Under the pieces are notes generated by a model. That model was not told the DNA's origin and made no database searches. It saw only the letters and a program-made list of their open reading frames with translations. Positions 12,229 to 23,067 of a stretch of DNA of 64,000 bases are shown in pieces (positions within the stretch are counted from its first letter, which is position 1; the number at the start of each line of letters is the position of its first letter). This stretch comes from Candidatus Acidiferrales bacterium. GTDB lineage: Bacteria > Chloroflexota > Dormibacteria > Aeolococcales > Aeolococcaceae. The position numbers and the translations under genes were made by a program. The DNA lies in contig DATLRX010000011.1 of NCBI GenBank assembly GCA_035534435.1, positions 5,857 to 69,856 of the forward strand. The letters are read 5' to 3'.

Positions 12229-13449
12229 TCACGCCGGCAGTGCGTTGCGGGCTCGCTCGAGAAACGCTCGCTCGGCGCTGTTGGCCGTGAGCGTGATGGC
12301 ATTCGCATACGCGCGGCGCGCGTCGCCGTTGCGTCCGATCCTGCTCAGCAGATCTGCTTTGACCGCGTGGAACAGGTAGTAGTCGTCGAGGTCCAGGCGC
12401 TCGATCGTGGACAGCGCATCCTCGGCACCCCGGATCTCGGCGAGCGCGACGGCGCGGTTGAGCGCCACGACCGGAGTGGGAGTCACCGCGATGAGCTGGT
12501 CGTACAGCTGGAGGATCTGATTCCAGTCGGTGGCGGCCGCACCCGGTGCGTCGCTGTGCACCGCGTTGATCGCCGCCTGGATCTGATACGGACCCGGACG
12601 GTTTCGCCGCAGACATTCACGCACGATCGACTGCCCCTCATCGATGAGACCTCGATCCCATTGCGAGCGATCCTGGTCGGCGAGCAGCACAAGATCTCCG
12701 CCGCCCGTGGTGCGAGCCCGCCGGCGCGAGTGGATGAGCAACATCAGCGCGAGGAGTCCCAGCACCTCGCCTTCGTCCGGCATCAGCTCGGCGAGGACGC
12801 GTCCCAATCGGATCGCCTCCGCACAGAGATCCGCACGTGCAAGATGCTCACCTGCGCTGGCCACGTACCCCTCGTTGAAGATCAGATAGACAACTTCGAG
12901 CACGGGTTTGAGCCGGTCGGGAAGCACTTCCGGACCCGGCACCCGGTAGGGGATGTGGGCGTCGCGGATCTTGTTCTTCGCGCGCACCAGCCGCTGCGCC
13001 ATCGTGGCCTCGGGAACGATGAACGCTCGCGCGATCTCCGGCGTCGACAACCCACCGAGCAACCGCAGCGTCAGCGCGACCTGGACGTTTGTCGCGAGCG
13101 CCGGATGGCAACAGGTGAAGATCAGGCGGAGGCGCTCGTCGTGCACCGGACCTTCCACAACCGGCTCGTCTTCAGCATGCATCAGCGCAGCTTTCGCGTG
13201 ACGGTCCGCGCGGGCCGCGTCGCTGCGGAGACGATCGATTGCGCGACGTCGCGCGGTCGTGATGATCCACCCTGCCGGGCTTGGAGGCAGTCCGGTATCG
13301 GGCCACCGCTGCGCCGCAACGATGAACGCTTCCTGGACTGCCTCGTCGGCGATGTCGATGTCACCGAACGACCGGACCAGCACGGAGACGGCCCGTCCGT
13401 ATTCCTCGCGAAAGACACGTTCGATCTCGGAGCCGCTGACCGCCACCAT
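12229..13449 (-). CDS. ECF-type RNA polymerase sigma factor with long C-terminal extension
   Basis: Sigma-70 region 2 ([29 protein letters not shown]) and region 4 ([13 protein letters not shown]) are followed by about 200 aa of helical extension. Confidence 0.85.
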   Translation of the reverse strand: MVAVSGSEIERVFREEYGRAVSVLVRSFGDIDIADEAVQEAFIVAAQRWPDTGLPPSPAGWIITTARRRAIDRLRSDAARADRHAKAALMHAEDEPVVEGPVHDERLRLIFTCCHPALATNVQVALTLRLLGGLSTPEIARAFIVPEATMAQRLVRAKNKIRDAHIPYRVPGPEVLPDRLKPVLEVVYLIFNEGYVASAGEHLARADLCAEAIRLGRVLAELMPDEGEVLGLLALMLLIHSRRRARTTGGGDLVLLADQDRSQWDRGLIDEGQSIVRECLRRNRPGPYQIQAAINAVHSDAPGAAATDWNQILQLYDQLIAVTPTPVVALNRAVALAEIRGAEDALSTIERLDLDDYYLFHAVKADLLSRIGRNGDARRAYANAITLTANSAERAFLERARNALPA

Positions 13450-13457
13450 CGCCGGAG

Positions 13458-13814
13458 TCAGTCTTGCACGGCTTCCTGGAACGGGCGCACCTCGATCGGC
13501 TCGACGCAGGCCACGGTCGCCTTCGCCGCCCAGGCGAGCGCGGCATCGAGGTCCTCGGCCTTGATGACCCAGAAGCCGCCGATGTACTCCTTGCCTTCAG
13601 CGAACGGGCCGTCGGTCGTGACCACGGCGCCGTCCTGAACCCGCACGACGGACGAGCTCGACACCGGGTGCAGGCCGCCGGCGAACACCCACGCGCCGGC
13701 CGACATCATCTCGGTGTTGAGCGCGCTCACGTCCCGAAACATCTTCTCCGTCGCCTCCGGGGAAAGGGCGGGGCTGCCTTCGACGTGAAAGACGCTGAGC
13801 ATGTACTGGTTCAC
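13458..13814 (-). CDS. YCII-related (DGPF) domain protein
   Basis: 118 aa containing [17 protein letters not shown]. The GTG start is preceded by GAGGAGG-N7, and the gene ends 8 nt upstream of the sigma gene. Confidence 0.8.
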   Translation of the reverse strand: MNQYMLSVFHVEGSPALSPEATEKMFRDVSALNTEMMSAGAWVFAGGLHPVSSSSVVRVQDGAVVTTDGPFAEGKEYIGGFWVIKAEDLDAALAWAAKATVACVEPIEVRPFQEAVQD

Positions 13815-13923
13815 TGTTGTTCCTCCTCGGCAAGAGATCGTGCCGGTTGCTTCGGTCGGCCGTTGTGTTCCGGCCCTTCACGTCCTATACGGACCAGATG
13901 TCCCGAAATCGACAGGGCCCGGG

Positions 13924-15090
13924 TCAGCCGGCGCGACGCTCGCTCAACCGCTTCTCGATGCCGTCGAGGACGAGGCTGATGCCCTGGTCCGAGCGCGAGG
14001 AGGATCGGTCGCTCGCGGCCGCGTCTGATGCGGGCGCGGCGCCCCGGGCGGCCGGCGCGTCGGCGTCCATCGTCACCCGAACGCAGCCGCTGTACACCGT
14101 GAGGTCATAGCGGTTCACCGCCTGCTTCGCGCCGGGTGTGTCCCACTCCACGTCCGACGTCAGGCGGATGGGCTTGTCGTCGAGGCGCACGCGCACCGAC
14201 CCCTGCGACACCACGGCGTGCACCGCCGTGTCGCGCGGCCGGTGGAAGGTGACACCGACGATGCCGCTGTTGACTCGAATCGGCACCACACCGATCGGCG
14301 CGGGCAGGGTGCAGGTGACGTTGCCCGCGCCACTGTCGAGCTCGATCCCGCTGATGCGCAGGCCCGAGAGGTCGAGCACGGTGTTCCAGGTGCCGCCATG
14401 GATCTTGAAATACCACGTGTAGTTGGGACTCAGCTCGACCGCGCCGTGGTCACCGCCGCGACGGTTCTTCACAAGCACGAGGTTGCCAGGCCGCATCTCG
14501 ACTGAGGCTGCCCCGCCGCCGCCCGTCGAGCTCGCGACGTCAACCGCGTTGGACGCCGCCGCTCGAACGAGGACCCGCCACGAGCCGGAGTCGATCGCGA
14601 GTGTCATCAACTGCCCACCGCGGCCGCCTGCGGGTGCGGGCGTATCGATGAAAGCCGATACCGCCGCTTCGAAAACGAGGGTGGTGGCAGCGGCGTCGGC
14701 GTCCGCCAGACCCGCCGTCGCGAGCACCTGCCCCAGATCCCGCGTGAGGCGGCTGCGCTGTACCACCGGGAGCGAGCCGAGCACAACCGTCGCCGCCCCC
14801 CGGTGCACCTTGAGGAATCCGGCCAGCTCATCGCACGCCGCCGTGACCTGCGGGCGCCAGCCTGCAGCCGGCGTCGTCACGGTGACGCGGTCGAGAACGC
14901 TCTCGGCCACCAGCTCCAGCAGCTGGTCCTTGTCGCGGATGTGCCAGTAGAGGGACGCGGCCTTCACACCGAGACGATCGGCGAGCGCGCGCATGGAGAG
15001 CCCTTCGACGCCGACGGCGTCGAGCATCCCCAGGGCGGCCTGGATGACCGCCTCGCGGTTGAGCCCGGTCTCCGTCTCCTGGCGGCTCAC
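13924..15090 (-). CDS. TetR-family regulator fused to a beta-rich C-terminal domain
   Basis: The N-terminal TetR HTH reads GLSMRALADRLGVKAASLYWHIRDKDQL. Residues about 160-342 are beta-strand-like repeats (GAGNVTCTLP..VPIRVNSGIVGVTFHRP..VVSQGSVRVRLD). The GTG start is preceded by GAGGA-N7. Confidence 0.8.
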   Translation of the reverse strand: MSRQETETGLNREAVIQAALGMLDAVGVEGLSMRALADRLGVKAASLYWHIRDKDQLLELVAESVLDRVTVTTPAAGWRPQVTAACDELAGFLKVHRGAATVVLGSLPVVQRSRLTRDLGQVLATAGLADADAAATTLVFEAAVSAFIDTPAPAGGRGGQLMTLAIDSGSWRVLVRAAASNAVDVASSTGGGGAASVEMRPGNLVLVKNRRGGDHGAVELSPNYTWYFKIHGGTWNTVLDLSGLRISGIELDSGAGNVTCTLPAPIGVVPIRVNSGIVGVTFHRPRDTAVHAVVSQGSVRVRLDDKPIRLTSDVEWDTPGAKQAVNRYDLTVYSGCVRVTMDADAPAARGAAPASDAAASDRSSSRSDQGISLVLDGIEKRLSERRAG

Positions 15091-15142
15091 AGACGGATCC
15101 TCGCGGTTGCCGGCGTCGCGAAAAACGTGACCACGTGACGGC

Positions 15143-15216
15143 TTGACTTGCCTAACATCGTTAGTCTAGCATTGCACATGTCACCGTTAGACGCAATCTT
15201 CCTTGGATGGTGTTAG
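15143..15216. promoter_or_regulatory. divergent promoter/operator region between the TetR-fusion gene and the ABC exporter
   Basis: TTGACT (15143-15148) is followed after 18 nt by TAGCAT. The palindrome CTAAC-ATC-GTTAG (15152-15164) lies in that spacer. Further GTTAG copies occur at 15186-15190 and 15212-15216, so the spacing is 26 bp each. Confidence 0.5.
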
Positions 15217-15218
15217 AG

Positions 15219-16169
15219 ATGAACGCGACCCTGGAGGCGGCCGGCCTCGACAAGACCTTCGGCAAGACCCATGCGCTCGACGGCCTGAACCTCACGATGG
15301 CGCCGGGCCAGGTCATGGCCCTGCTCGGCCCGAACGGCGCCGGCAAGACGACGTTCGTCAACCTCGTGGCGACCCTCATGCGGCCGGATGGCGGGACGCT
15401 CCGCGTCCACGGCACCGATGTGGCCCGCAACCCGGCCGCGGTTCGACGGCTGGTGGCGCTGGCCGGGCAGTCCGCCGCGGTGGAGCCCACGATGACGGGC
15501 CGGGAGAACGTCGTGATGGTCGCGCGTCTCTCCGGCGCCTCCGCGTCCGATGCCCGTCGCGACGCTGCAGCGGTCATCGAGCGGATGGGCCTCGACGACG
15601 CCGCGGACCGGACCGTGCGCACGTACTCCGGAGGCATGCGGCGCCGCCTCGACCTCGGCGCCAGTCTCGTCGCGCGTCCCCGGCTGCTGTTGCTCGACGA
15701 GCCGACCACGGGTCTCGATCCGCGAAGCCGGCTCGAGCTGTGGGATGTCATCCGTTCGCTGGTCGCCGATGGCACGGATGTCCTCCTCACCACCCAGTAC
15801 CTCGACGAGGCCGATCATCTGGCGTCACAGATCGCCATCATCGATCACGGTCACGTGGTCGCGTCGGGGACGCCACGCGAGCTGAAACGTCGCGCGGGGC
15901 GCAGTGTCGTCGAGGTTCATGTGCGCGACACCTTCGCGCTGGACCGCGTTGCCATGACCCTGATGTCGATCGGCGAGGGACGGGCGACCATCGACGTCCC
16001 CACGAGGAGCGTGCGCATCGCGCTCGGGGCCGGCACGGAGCGCGTCTTCGCCGCACTGCGACCGCTCGACGACACCGGCATCGCGATCGATGAGGTCTCC
16101 GTGCGTCAGCCGACGCTCGATGAAGCGTTCCTCGCTCTCACCGGCCAACCCAAGGAGGATGTGGCATGA
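15219..16169 (+). CDS. ABC transporter ATP-binding protein (DrrA-like)
   Basis: Walker A GPNGAGKTT, signature YSGGMRRRL and Walker B LLLLDEPTTGLD are present. An alternative ATG lies at 15207. The stop overlaps the permease start. Confidence 0.9.
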   Translation: MNATLEAAGLDKTFGKTHALDGLNLTMAPGQVMALLGPNGAGKTTFVNLVATLMRPDGGTLRVHGTDVARNPAAVRRLVALAGQSAAVEPTMTGRENVVMVARLSGASASDARRDAAAVIERMGLDDAADRTVRTYSGGMRRRLDLGASLVARPRLLLLDEPTTGLDPRSRLELWDVIRSLVADGTDVLLTTQYLDEADHLASQIAIIDHGHVVASGTPRELKRRAGRSVVEVHVRDTFALDRVAMTLMSIGEGRATIDVPTRSVRIALGAGTERVFAALRPLDDTGIAIDEVSVRQPTLDEAFLALTGQPKEDVA

Positions 16170-16975
16170 GCATTGCCACGGCCCCACCGCGCGGCAACGC
16201 CGCGGGCATCGTCGTCTCGACAGGGCAGGTCGCGCGCCGCGTGCTGCTCAAGTTCATCCGGTCGCCACAGCTCGTCGTGGTCGGCACGCTGCAGGGCGCC
16301 ATGTTCCTGCTCATCTTCCGCTACGTGTTCGGCGGCGCCATCGCGCTCGCAGGCATCAACTACGTGGACTTCGTCGTCCCGGGATTCATCACGACCGGCG
16401 TGCTGTTCAACGCGATGTACGCATCCGCCGGGATGGCCGAGGACATGAGCGAGGGGCTCATCGCACGCTTGCGGTCATTGCCGATACCGCGCAGCGCGGT
16501 GCTCGTGGGCCGCGCCGTCGCGGACACGGCGATCCAGTTCTGGGGACTCATCGTCACCGTCGCGATCGGGTTCCTCGTGGGTTTCCGGCTGCACGGCAGC
16601 GTGGGCGCGGCACTCGCCGCCGCCGCGCTCGTGATCCTCTTCGGCTTCGTCTTCGAGTGGGTGTTCGTGCTCCTCGGAATGGTCGCCGGCTCTGCACAGG
16701 CCGCGCAGGGGTTCGCGCTCATCGTGTTCCCGTTCACGTTCGTGTCGTCGGCGTACATCCCGGTGGCGACGATGCCGTCGTGGATGCGGGGCTTCGCGGA
16801 GAATCAGCCGCTGACCGTGATGGTCAACGCCGTGCGCTGCCTGACGCAGGGTCATCCCGCCGAGGCGCTGCTCGGCCACCCGACGTCGTACTTCGTGGTC
16901 CGCTCGCTCATCTGGTCGGTGGCGATCGTGGCCGTCTTCGCCCCGCTTGCCGTGGCCAGGTATCGACGCGGCTGA
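16166..16975 (+). CDS. ABC-2 type transporter permease (DrrB-like)
   Basis: About six hydrophobic segments, translationally coupled to the ATPase gene (ATGA at 16166-16169). Confidence 0.85.
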   Translation: MSIATAPPRGNAAGIVVSTGQVARRVLLKFIRSPQLVVVGTLQGAMFLLIFRYVFGGAIALAGINYVDFVVPGFITTGVLFNAMYASAGMAEDMSEGLIARLRSLPIPRSAVLVGRAVADTAIQFWGLIVTVAIGFLVGFRLHGSVGAALAAAALVILFGFVFEWVFVLLGMVAGSAQAAQGFALIVFPFTFVSSAYIPVATMPSWMRGFAENQPLTVMVNAVRCLTQGHPAEALLGHPTSYFVVRSLIWSVAIVAVFAPLAVARYRRG

Positions 16976-17030
16976 GCGTTCCAAACGATGCACAATCGGG
17001 GTCGTGGCGGCGTAACGGCTCACCGCGCCC

Positions 17031-17468
17031 TCAAGCGCGCGCTTCGGCCAGGATTCGCACGGCGCGTTCCGCGGCATCGCGGACTCGCGGGACCGGGTCG
17101 GTTCGCAATCGTGCGACCGCCTGCAACGCATCACCGACGCGTTGATGCGCGATCACCTTTGCCGCCATCTCACGCACCCGCCAGGCGTCATCTCGTGTGG
17201 CCGCGATCACCGCGCCCGCGGCGTCCTCGTCCCACGCATACAGCAGGGCTCGCGCCGCCCAGACTCGCGGCCAGTACCCCGACCTGCCGCCGTTGTAGCC
17301 GTCGAGAACGCTTCTGCCAGGTTCTCCCCCCAGCGCCAGGATGAGCTCGTCGTCCACCGGCTGCCCAGAGAGCAACGCGACACAACCGGTCACGATGGCC
17401 GGCGTCCCGCGCCGCCTGCATTCGGACGCAATGCGCGTGCGAGGCGTGTCGCCGCGTTGTACCGGCAC
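17031..17468 (-). CDS. small HEAT-repeat-like protein
   Basis: Helical repeats such as DDAWRVREMAAKVIA and DPVPRVRDAAERAV are present. Function is unknown. Confidence 0.55.
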   Translation of the reverse strand: MPVQRGDTPRTRIASECRRRGTPAIVTGCVALLSGQPVDDELILALGGEPGRSVLDGYNGGRSGYWPRVWAARALLYAWDEDAAGAVIAATRDDAWRVREMAAKVIAHQRVGDALQAVARLRTDPVPRVRDAAERAVRILAEARA

Positions 17469-17483
17469 GAGTCTGCGCTCGAG

Positions 17484-18467
17484 CTAGGCGGTCAGCAGCG
17501 CCGCCACAGCCGCGGGGTCGAAGTTGCCGCCACTGAGCACGAGCACCGTCGGGTGCTCGGTACTTCCTGCGGGAACCTTGCCCGCGAGGTATGCGGCGAG
17601 CGCCAGCGCGGCGGTCGGCTCGATCGCGAGCTTCAGCCGCATCCACGCCACGCGCACCGCATCAGCGAGCTCGCGCTCAGACACCGTGACGATGTCGCGC
17701 ACAATGCCGGCATCGACGATGACCTCGAAGTTGCGATCGCCGATCGACTTCGATTTCACGCCCTCGGCCATCGTGACGGGGTCCGACTGGAGCGATTGCA
17801 GCGCACCGGCATGCAGGCTGGCGGCCGCATCGGCAGCGCTCTCCGGCTCGACCCCGATGATCGCCGTCCGCGGCGAAAGCGCTGACAGTGCAAGCGCAAT
17901 CCCGGAGATCTGACCGCCACCGCCCACCGGGACGACGACCGCTCCGGGCGACGGGACGTCCTCGAGGATCTCGAGGCCGACGGTGCCGGCGCCGTGCACG
18001 ACATCCCAGTCGTCGTAGGGATGGACGAGCCAGAGTCGCTGCGTTCTCGCGATCTCCTCGGCGATGGTCTCCCGGTTGTCGAAGTTCACGCCCTCGGACA
18101 CGACCGTCGCGCCGAATGAGCGAATGCCCGCAACCTTCGAGGGCGTGACGCCTTCGGGGACGACGATCGTCGCCGGCAGACCGGCCGCTTTCGCCGCGCA
18201 CGCGATGGCCTGCCCATGATTGCCGGAGCTGTGCGTGACCACACCCGCGACGTGCGGATCGCGCTCGAGCAGGCTGAGCACGGCGTTGAAAGCACCGCGA
18301 GCCTTGAACGAGCCGGTGACCTGGAGCGACTCGGGCTTCACCATCAATCCAGGCGCGATGTCGGTGCGCAGCAGCGGCGTGCGCCGGACGTGGCCATGGA
18401 TCCGCACCACCGCATCGCGAATCCGGGCGAGATGCTCGACCTTCTGGGCCTCGGCGAGGGACGGCAC
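17484..18467 (-). CDS. PLP-dependent threonine/serine dehydratase
   Basis: The SFKARGAFN lysine motif, HSSGNHGQA and GGGGQISG are present. I chose the GTG at 18467 because the longer ORF overlaps purF in another frame. Confidence 0.85.
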   Translation of the reverse strand: MPSLAEAQKVEHLARIRDAVVRIHGHVRRTPLLRTDIAPGLMVKPESLQVTGSFKARGAFNAVLSLLERDPHVAGVVTHSSGNHGQAIACAAKAAGLPATIVVPEGVTPSKVAGIRSFGATVVSEGVNFDNRETIAEEIARTQRLWLVHPYDDWDVVHGAGTVGLEILEDVPSPGAVVVPVGGGGQISGIALALSALSPRTAIIGVEPESAADAAASLHAGALQSLQSDPVTMAEGVKSKSIGDRNFEVIVDAGIVRDIVTVSERELADAVRVAWMRLKLAIEPTAALALAAYLAGKVPAGSTEHPTVLVLSGGNFDPAAVAALLTA

Positions 18468-18478
18468 GGCGTCAGCGC

Positions 18479-19957
18479 TCAGGAGACTGCGGCGACCGGG
18501 ATCTCGAGCGCGAGCTTGTCCATCTCGAGTTGCGCGGGAACATCGACAGGATAGGAGCCGGTGAAGCACGCGAAGCAGAAGCCGTTGCCGTCGGGCTTGC
18601 CCATCGCGCGACGCAGGCCGGCAAGGCTCAGGTAGCGCAGCGAATCCGCGCCGAGCATCTCGCCGATCTCGCGCTCGGTATGCCCCGCGGCGATCAGCTC
18701 GCGGCGCGACGCGATGTCGATACCCATGAAGCACGGCCACGCGATCGGCGGCGATGCGATACGCATGTGCACCTCCGTCGCCCCCGCGCGGCGCAGCTCG
18801 TCGATGATCCTGCGCGACGTGGTGCCGCGCACGATCGAGTCGTCGACGAGGACGACTCGCCGTCCCTCCAGCACGTGACGCATCGGGTTGAACTTGAGGC
18901 GGATGCCCGCCTCGCGGAGGCGCTGCGTCGGCTGGATGAACGTGCGCGTGATGTAGCGCGACTTGATCATCCCTTCAGCGAACGGGAGCCCCGACTCCTC
19001 AGCGTAGCCGATCGCCGCCGGTGTCCCGCTGTCCGGGAGTGTGATGACGATGTCGCAGTCAGCGGGGGCCTCGCGTGCGAGCTCGCGACCCATCTGACGC
19101 CGGGCCTCATACAACGACCTGCCCATCATCACGCTGTCCGGTCTCGCGAAGTAGATGAACTCGAACGAGCACATCGCGCGGTGCGCAGTAGCGCGCTGGA
19201 TCTTGGTGCTGCGCATTCCAGACGAGTCGACGGTGACGATCTCACCGGGCTCGATCTCGCAGAGGAACGTCGCGCCGATGACATCGAGCGCGCACGTCTC
19301 GCTCGCGATGACGTAGCCGGTACCGCCTGGTGCATCGACCTCGCCGAAGCGGCCGAGGCAGAGCGGGCGGATGCCGAGGGGATCGCGCGCGGCGACGAGT
19401 GAATCCTTGGTCAGGAACACGAGGCAGTACGCGCCTTCAATGCGCGGCAGCGACTCCGCGAGCGCGTGCTCGAGCGAGTCGGCGTGCGTCTGAGCGAGCA
19501 GCGCGCCGATAACCTCGGTGTCGCTCGTGGTCTCGAACACGACGCCCTTCGCGGACAGCTCGTCGCGGAGCTTCGTCGCGTTCACGAGGTTGCCGTTGTG
19601 TCCGATCATCACGGGGCCGATCTCGGGATGCTCCATGCTCATCGGCTGCGCGTTGCTCAACTTCGCGCTGCCGGTCGTGCTGTATCTCGTGTGCCCGATG
19701 GCGATGTAGCCCTTGAGGTCGTCGATGGTCTCCTGGTCGAAGACCTGCGAGACGAGACCCATCTCCTTGCTCACACGAATCGTCTCCCCGTCGCTGACGG
19801 CGATCCCAGCGGACTCCTGACCACGATGCTGGAGCGAGTAGAGGCCGAAATACGTCAGGTTGGCGACGTCCTCTCCGGGATGGAACACCCCGAAAACGCC
19901 GCATTCCTCGTGGAGGTGGTCGTCGCCGAGATCGTCCATTCCGGCCTGATCACTCAC
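18479..19957 (-). CDS. purF: amidophosphoribosyltransferase
   Basis: The N-terminal EECGVFGV nucleophile region and the PRTase motif [13 protein letters not shown] are present. Confidence 0.95.
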   Translation of the reverse strand: MSDQAGMDDLGDDHLHEECGVFGVFHPGEDVANLTYFGLYSLQHRGQESAGIAVSDGETIRVSKEMGLVSQVFDQETIDDLKGYIAIGHTRYSTTGSAKLSNAQPMSMEHPEIGPVMIGHNGNLVNATKLRDELSAKGVVFETTSDTEVIGALLAQTHADSLEHALAESLPRIEGAYCLVFLTKDSLVAARDPLGIRPLCLGRFGEVDAPGGTGYVIASETCALDVIGATFLCEIEPGEIVTVDSSGMRSTKIQRATAHRAMCSFEFIYFARPDSVMMGRSLYEARRQMGRELAREAPADCDIVITLPDSGTPAAIGYAEESGLPFAEGMIKSRYITRTFIQPTQRLREAGIRLKFNPMRHVLEGRRVVLVDDSIVRGTTSRRIIDELRRAGATEVHMRIASPPIAWPCFMGIDIASRRELIAAGHTEREIGEMLGADSLRYLSLAGLRRAMGKPDGNGFCFACFTGSYPVDVPAQLEMDKLALEIPVAAVS

Positions 19958-22205
19958 GCTCGATCAAGGCTCCTTCGTGGGCGCGTCGCACCTCGCGAAG
20001 GGGCACGTCGATGCATCCCGTCACGCATACACGCTCGCCTCCGACGGAGCCCAGCCCACGCAGTGGGACTGAATGCCGTCCAGCCAGCTCATGCAATCGC
20101 ACCAGTGCCTCCCTGGCGAAGCTGATGAGGAACCGAGATTGACTCTCACCGAACAGTATACCGGCCTCGCTCTCGATCAACCCCTCGAGTTGACCCGGCA
20201 CGCGGACATCACCGAGCTCATCGATGCCGATCCAGGCGCCTATGTCGCCCAGCAGACACGACTCCGAGAGAGCGATGGCGATACCACCCTCAGCGCAATC
20301 GTGTGCTGAATGCAGGAGGCCTTCCGAGATCGCATCGAGGACGAATGCCTGCACGCGGCGCTCGAGATCCACGTCGAGCAGCGGCGGAGTGCCTCGATTG
20401 ACCCCGTGGGCCATGCGCTGATATTCACTGCCACCAAGCTCACCATGGATGGGGCCGACGAGCCCGATGAGGTCGCCCTCGGCTGTGAAACCTGCCGTGC
20501 AACGGCCGGCGACATCGCCGATGACCCCGACCATCCCGATGACCACCGTGGGATCGATGCCGGTCCCCCCGGTGTCGTTGTACAGGCTGACGTTGCCGCT
20601 CACCACGGGGATCTCCAGGGCCAGGCAGGCTTCGCCGATGCCATCGATGGCATCGTGCAGATCCCACCAGACGGGGGCCTGCTCCGGGTTCGCGAAGTTG
20701 AGGCAGTTGGTGAGGGCGACGGGTTTCGCCCCGGTGGCGACGACGTTGCGCGCGGCCTCGCAGACGGCGATCATCGCGCCCTCTCGCGCGTTGAGCGCTG
20801 TGTATCGGGAGTTGCCGTCAGTCGCCAGCGCGAGCCCGACGGTGGAACCTTCGACACGCATGAGCGATGCATCGCCGCCGGGAAGAATCACGGTCGAGTC
20901 ACCGAGTTGCGTGTCGTAGCGGCGAAACACCGGGTGCCGGCTGCCGAGATTGGGGCTTCCGATGAGCGCGAGCAGCGCCTCGTCGGGCGTCCACGTCGGA
21001 GCCTCGATCGGCGCTGAGTCGTCGAGATGCGCGCGCGATGCGCCAGCCGTGTCCGGCCGCGGTCCCGGCGCTCCACGGGCCGGCGCGCCGTCAACCAGCA
21101 GATCGAGCGGCAGGTCGCAGACGTTGTCGGCACCGTCGCGGACCACGAAGCGCGGTTCGGCGAGGATGACGCCGATCACGTCGGAGTGCAGATCCCAGCG
21201 CTCGAACACCTCCTGCAGCGTGCGGACATCGCTCGGTTGCGCCACGATCAGCATCCGCTCCTGTGACTCGCTGAGCATCACCTCGTACGGGGTCATGCCG
21301 GTCTCGCGCCGTGACGCGCGTGCGACGTCGACCTCGATGCCGCAGCCGCCGCGATGCGCAAGCTCCGCGGTGCTGCCGCAGAGTCCCGCGGCGCCGAGGT
21401 CCTGCATCGCGATGACGCGCGGATCACCGGCAAGTTCGAGGCATGCCTCCATGAGGCACTTCTCGAGGAACGGATTGCCCACCTGCACCGCGGGCCGGCG
21501 TGCTGCACTGCTCGCGTCGAGCACGACCGACGCGAAGCTCGCGCCGTGGATCCCGTCGCGTCCCGTGTCGGCGCCGACGAGGAGCACGAGGTTGCCAGGC
21601 CCGCGAGCGATGGCACGCATCATCCGGTCCTGCTCGACGACACCGACGCACATCGCGTTGACGAGGCAGTTGGTTCGGTACGACTCGTCGAAATACAGCT
21701 CGCCGCCGACCGTCGGCACGCCGATGCAGTTGCCGTACCCACCGATGCCGGCCACAACTCCGTCGAAGAGATGTCGCTGGTGCGGCTCGTCGAGAGGCCC
21801 GAAACGCAGCGAGTCGAGGAGCGCGATCGGGCGCGCTCCCATCGTGAAGATGTCGCGCAGGATGCCGCCCACTCCGGTCGCGGCGCCCTGGTACGGCTCG
21901 ATCGCGCTGGGATGGTTGTGCGACTCGATCTTGAACACGCACGCGAGCCCGTTGCCGATGTCGACGGCACCGGCGTTCTCGCCCGGTCCCTGGAGCACGA
22001 GCGGTCCGGTTGTCGGCAACGTGTGCAGCAACGGTTTGCTCGTCTTGTAGCTGCAGTGCTCACTCCAGAGGGCGCCGACGATGCCGAGCTCGAGGCGGTT
22101 CGGTTCGCGCCCGAGCTCGCTCGCGAGATGCCGATACTCAGCGCGCGTGAGCGCGACCTCGGCCAGCTCGGCGTCGCTCGGCGCAGCGAGCTGGACACCG
22201 GTCAT
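19950..22205 (-). CDS. purL: phosphoribosylformylglycinamidine synthase subunit PurL
   Basis: 751 aa, small-type PurL ([17 protein letters not shown]). It overlaps purF by 8 nt and purQ by 4 nt. Confidence 0.95.
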   Translation of the reverse strand: MTGVQLAAPSDAELAEVALTRAEYRHLASELGREPNRLELGIVGALWSEHCSYKTSKPLLHTLPTTGPLVLQGPGENAGAVDIGNGLACVFKIESHNHPSAIEPYQGAATGVGGILRDIFTMGARPIALLDSLRFGPLDEPHQRHLFDGVVAGIGGYGNCIGVPTVGGELYFDESYRTNCLVNAMCVGVVEQDRMMRAIARGPGNLVLLVGADTGRDGIHGASFASVVLDASSAARRPAVQVGNPFLEKCLMEACLELAGDPRVIAMQDLGAAGLCGSTAELAHRGGCGIEVDVARASRRETGMTPYEVMLSESQERMLIVAQPSDVRTLQEVFERWDLHSDVIGVILAEPRFVVRDGADNVCDLPLDLLVDGAPARGAPGPRPDTAGASRAHLDDSAPIEAPTWTPDEALLALIGSPNLGSRHPVFRRYDTQLGDSTVILPGGDASLMRVEGSTVGLALATDGNSRYTALNAREGAMIAVCEAARNVVATGAKPVALTNCLNFANPEQAPVWWDLHDAIDGIGEACLALEIPVVSGNVSLYNDTGGTGIDPTVVIGMVGVIGDVAGRCTAGFTAEGDLIGLVGPIHGELGGSEYQRMAHGVNRGTPPLLDVDLERRVQAFVLDAISEGLLHSAHDCAEGGIAIALSESCLLGDIGAWIGIDELGDVRVPGQLEGLIESEAGILFGESQSRFLISFAREALVRLHELAGRHSVPLRGLGSVGGERVCVTGCIDVPLREVRRAHEGALIERE

Positions 22206-22921
22206 GACGCGGCGGCCGCCTGCACCGCCCCGCCGGCGGCAAGGAGTTTCGCCACGCTGCCGAACAGCCGCAACCCGTCGGACGAGCCGAGCAGATCCTC
22301 ACACGCACGCTCGGGGTGCGGCATCATCCCAAGCACGTTTCTCCGCTCGTTGAGAATCCCCGCGATGTCGCGCATCGACCCGTTCGGCGAGCCGTCCCCG
22401 ACATCCGAACCGTCGCGCGCCACATACCGGAACGCCACGCGATCCTCGCGCTCGAGCATGTCGAGCGTCGCCTCATCCGCGACGTACCGCCCCTCTCCGT
22501 GCGAGACGGGAATCTGCAGGATCGAACCCCGCTCACACCCGGCGGTGTACGCGCTGTCCACGGTCTCCACGCGCAACCACGTTGCCTCGCAACGGTATTC
22601 CAGCGAGGCGTTCCGCGTCAGCGCGCCCGGCAGCAGATGCGCCTCACAGAGAACCTGAAACCCGTTGCAGATCCCCCACACCAGTCCACCGTTGTTGGCG
22701 AACTCGACAACAGACTCCATCAAGGGCGCAAACCGCGCCACCGCCCCGGCTCGTAGGTAATCGCCATAAGCGAAGCCGCCAGGGAGAATCACACAGTCCG
22801 CGCCCTTGAGATCGCGATCCTTGTGCCACAGCATGACCGCCTCTTGACCCGCAAGTTCGACAGCATGTGCGCTATCGCGATCCGACCAAGTACCGGGAAA
22901 GACGGCAACACCGAAGCGCAT
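22202..22921 (-). CDS. purQ: phosphoribosylformylglycinamidine synthase subunit PurQ (glutaminase)
   Basis: [16 protein letters not shown] starts at the ATG at 22921. [11 protein letters not shown] and the ICNGFQ nucleophile Cys are present. The ORF-track extension to 23053 runs into the intergenic hairpin element. Confidence 0.92.
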   Translation of the reverse strand: MRFGVAVFPGTWSDRDSAHAVELAGQEAVMLWHKDRDLKGADCVILPGGFAYGDYLRAGAVARFAPLMESVVEFANNGGLVWGICNGFQVLCEAHLLPGALTRNASLEYRCEATWLRVETVDSAYTAGCERGSILQIPVSHGEGRYVADEATLDMLEREDRVAFRYVARDGSDVGDGSPNGSMRDIAGILNERRNVLGMMPHPERACEDLLGSSDGLRLFGSVAKLLAAGGAVQAAAAS

Positions 22922-22937
22922 TACGACAGGCCCACGA

Positions 22938-23067
22938 AGGTCGGGGAGGGGTTGGACGGAGCGAGGGCATCGCGCAGCCCGGGTGGACCCCCGGGCGAGC
23001 GTGAGCGGCGGAACGGCAAAGGCGTTCCGACCGCGTCCCGCCGCGCAGTCCAACCCCTCCCCGACCT
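22938..23067 (-). repeat. structured intergenic element closed by a perfect 20-bp inverted repeat
   Basis: AGGTCGGGGAGGGGTTGGAC (22938-22957) is exactly complementary to 23048-23067. The 90-nt interior contains further stems (GGAACG-N7-CGTTCC; CCCGGG-N6-CCCGGG). Confidence 0.7.

Noticed and set aside
13815-13923. An ECF-type autoregulated promoter (GGAAC -35) upstream of the YCII-sigma pair.
   Set aside because: A GGAAC pentamer is present on the minus strand, but I could not find a convincing CGT-type -10 at 16-17 nt. The evidence is too weak to annotate.
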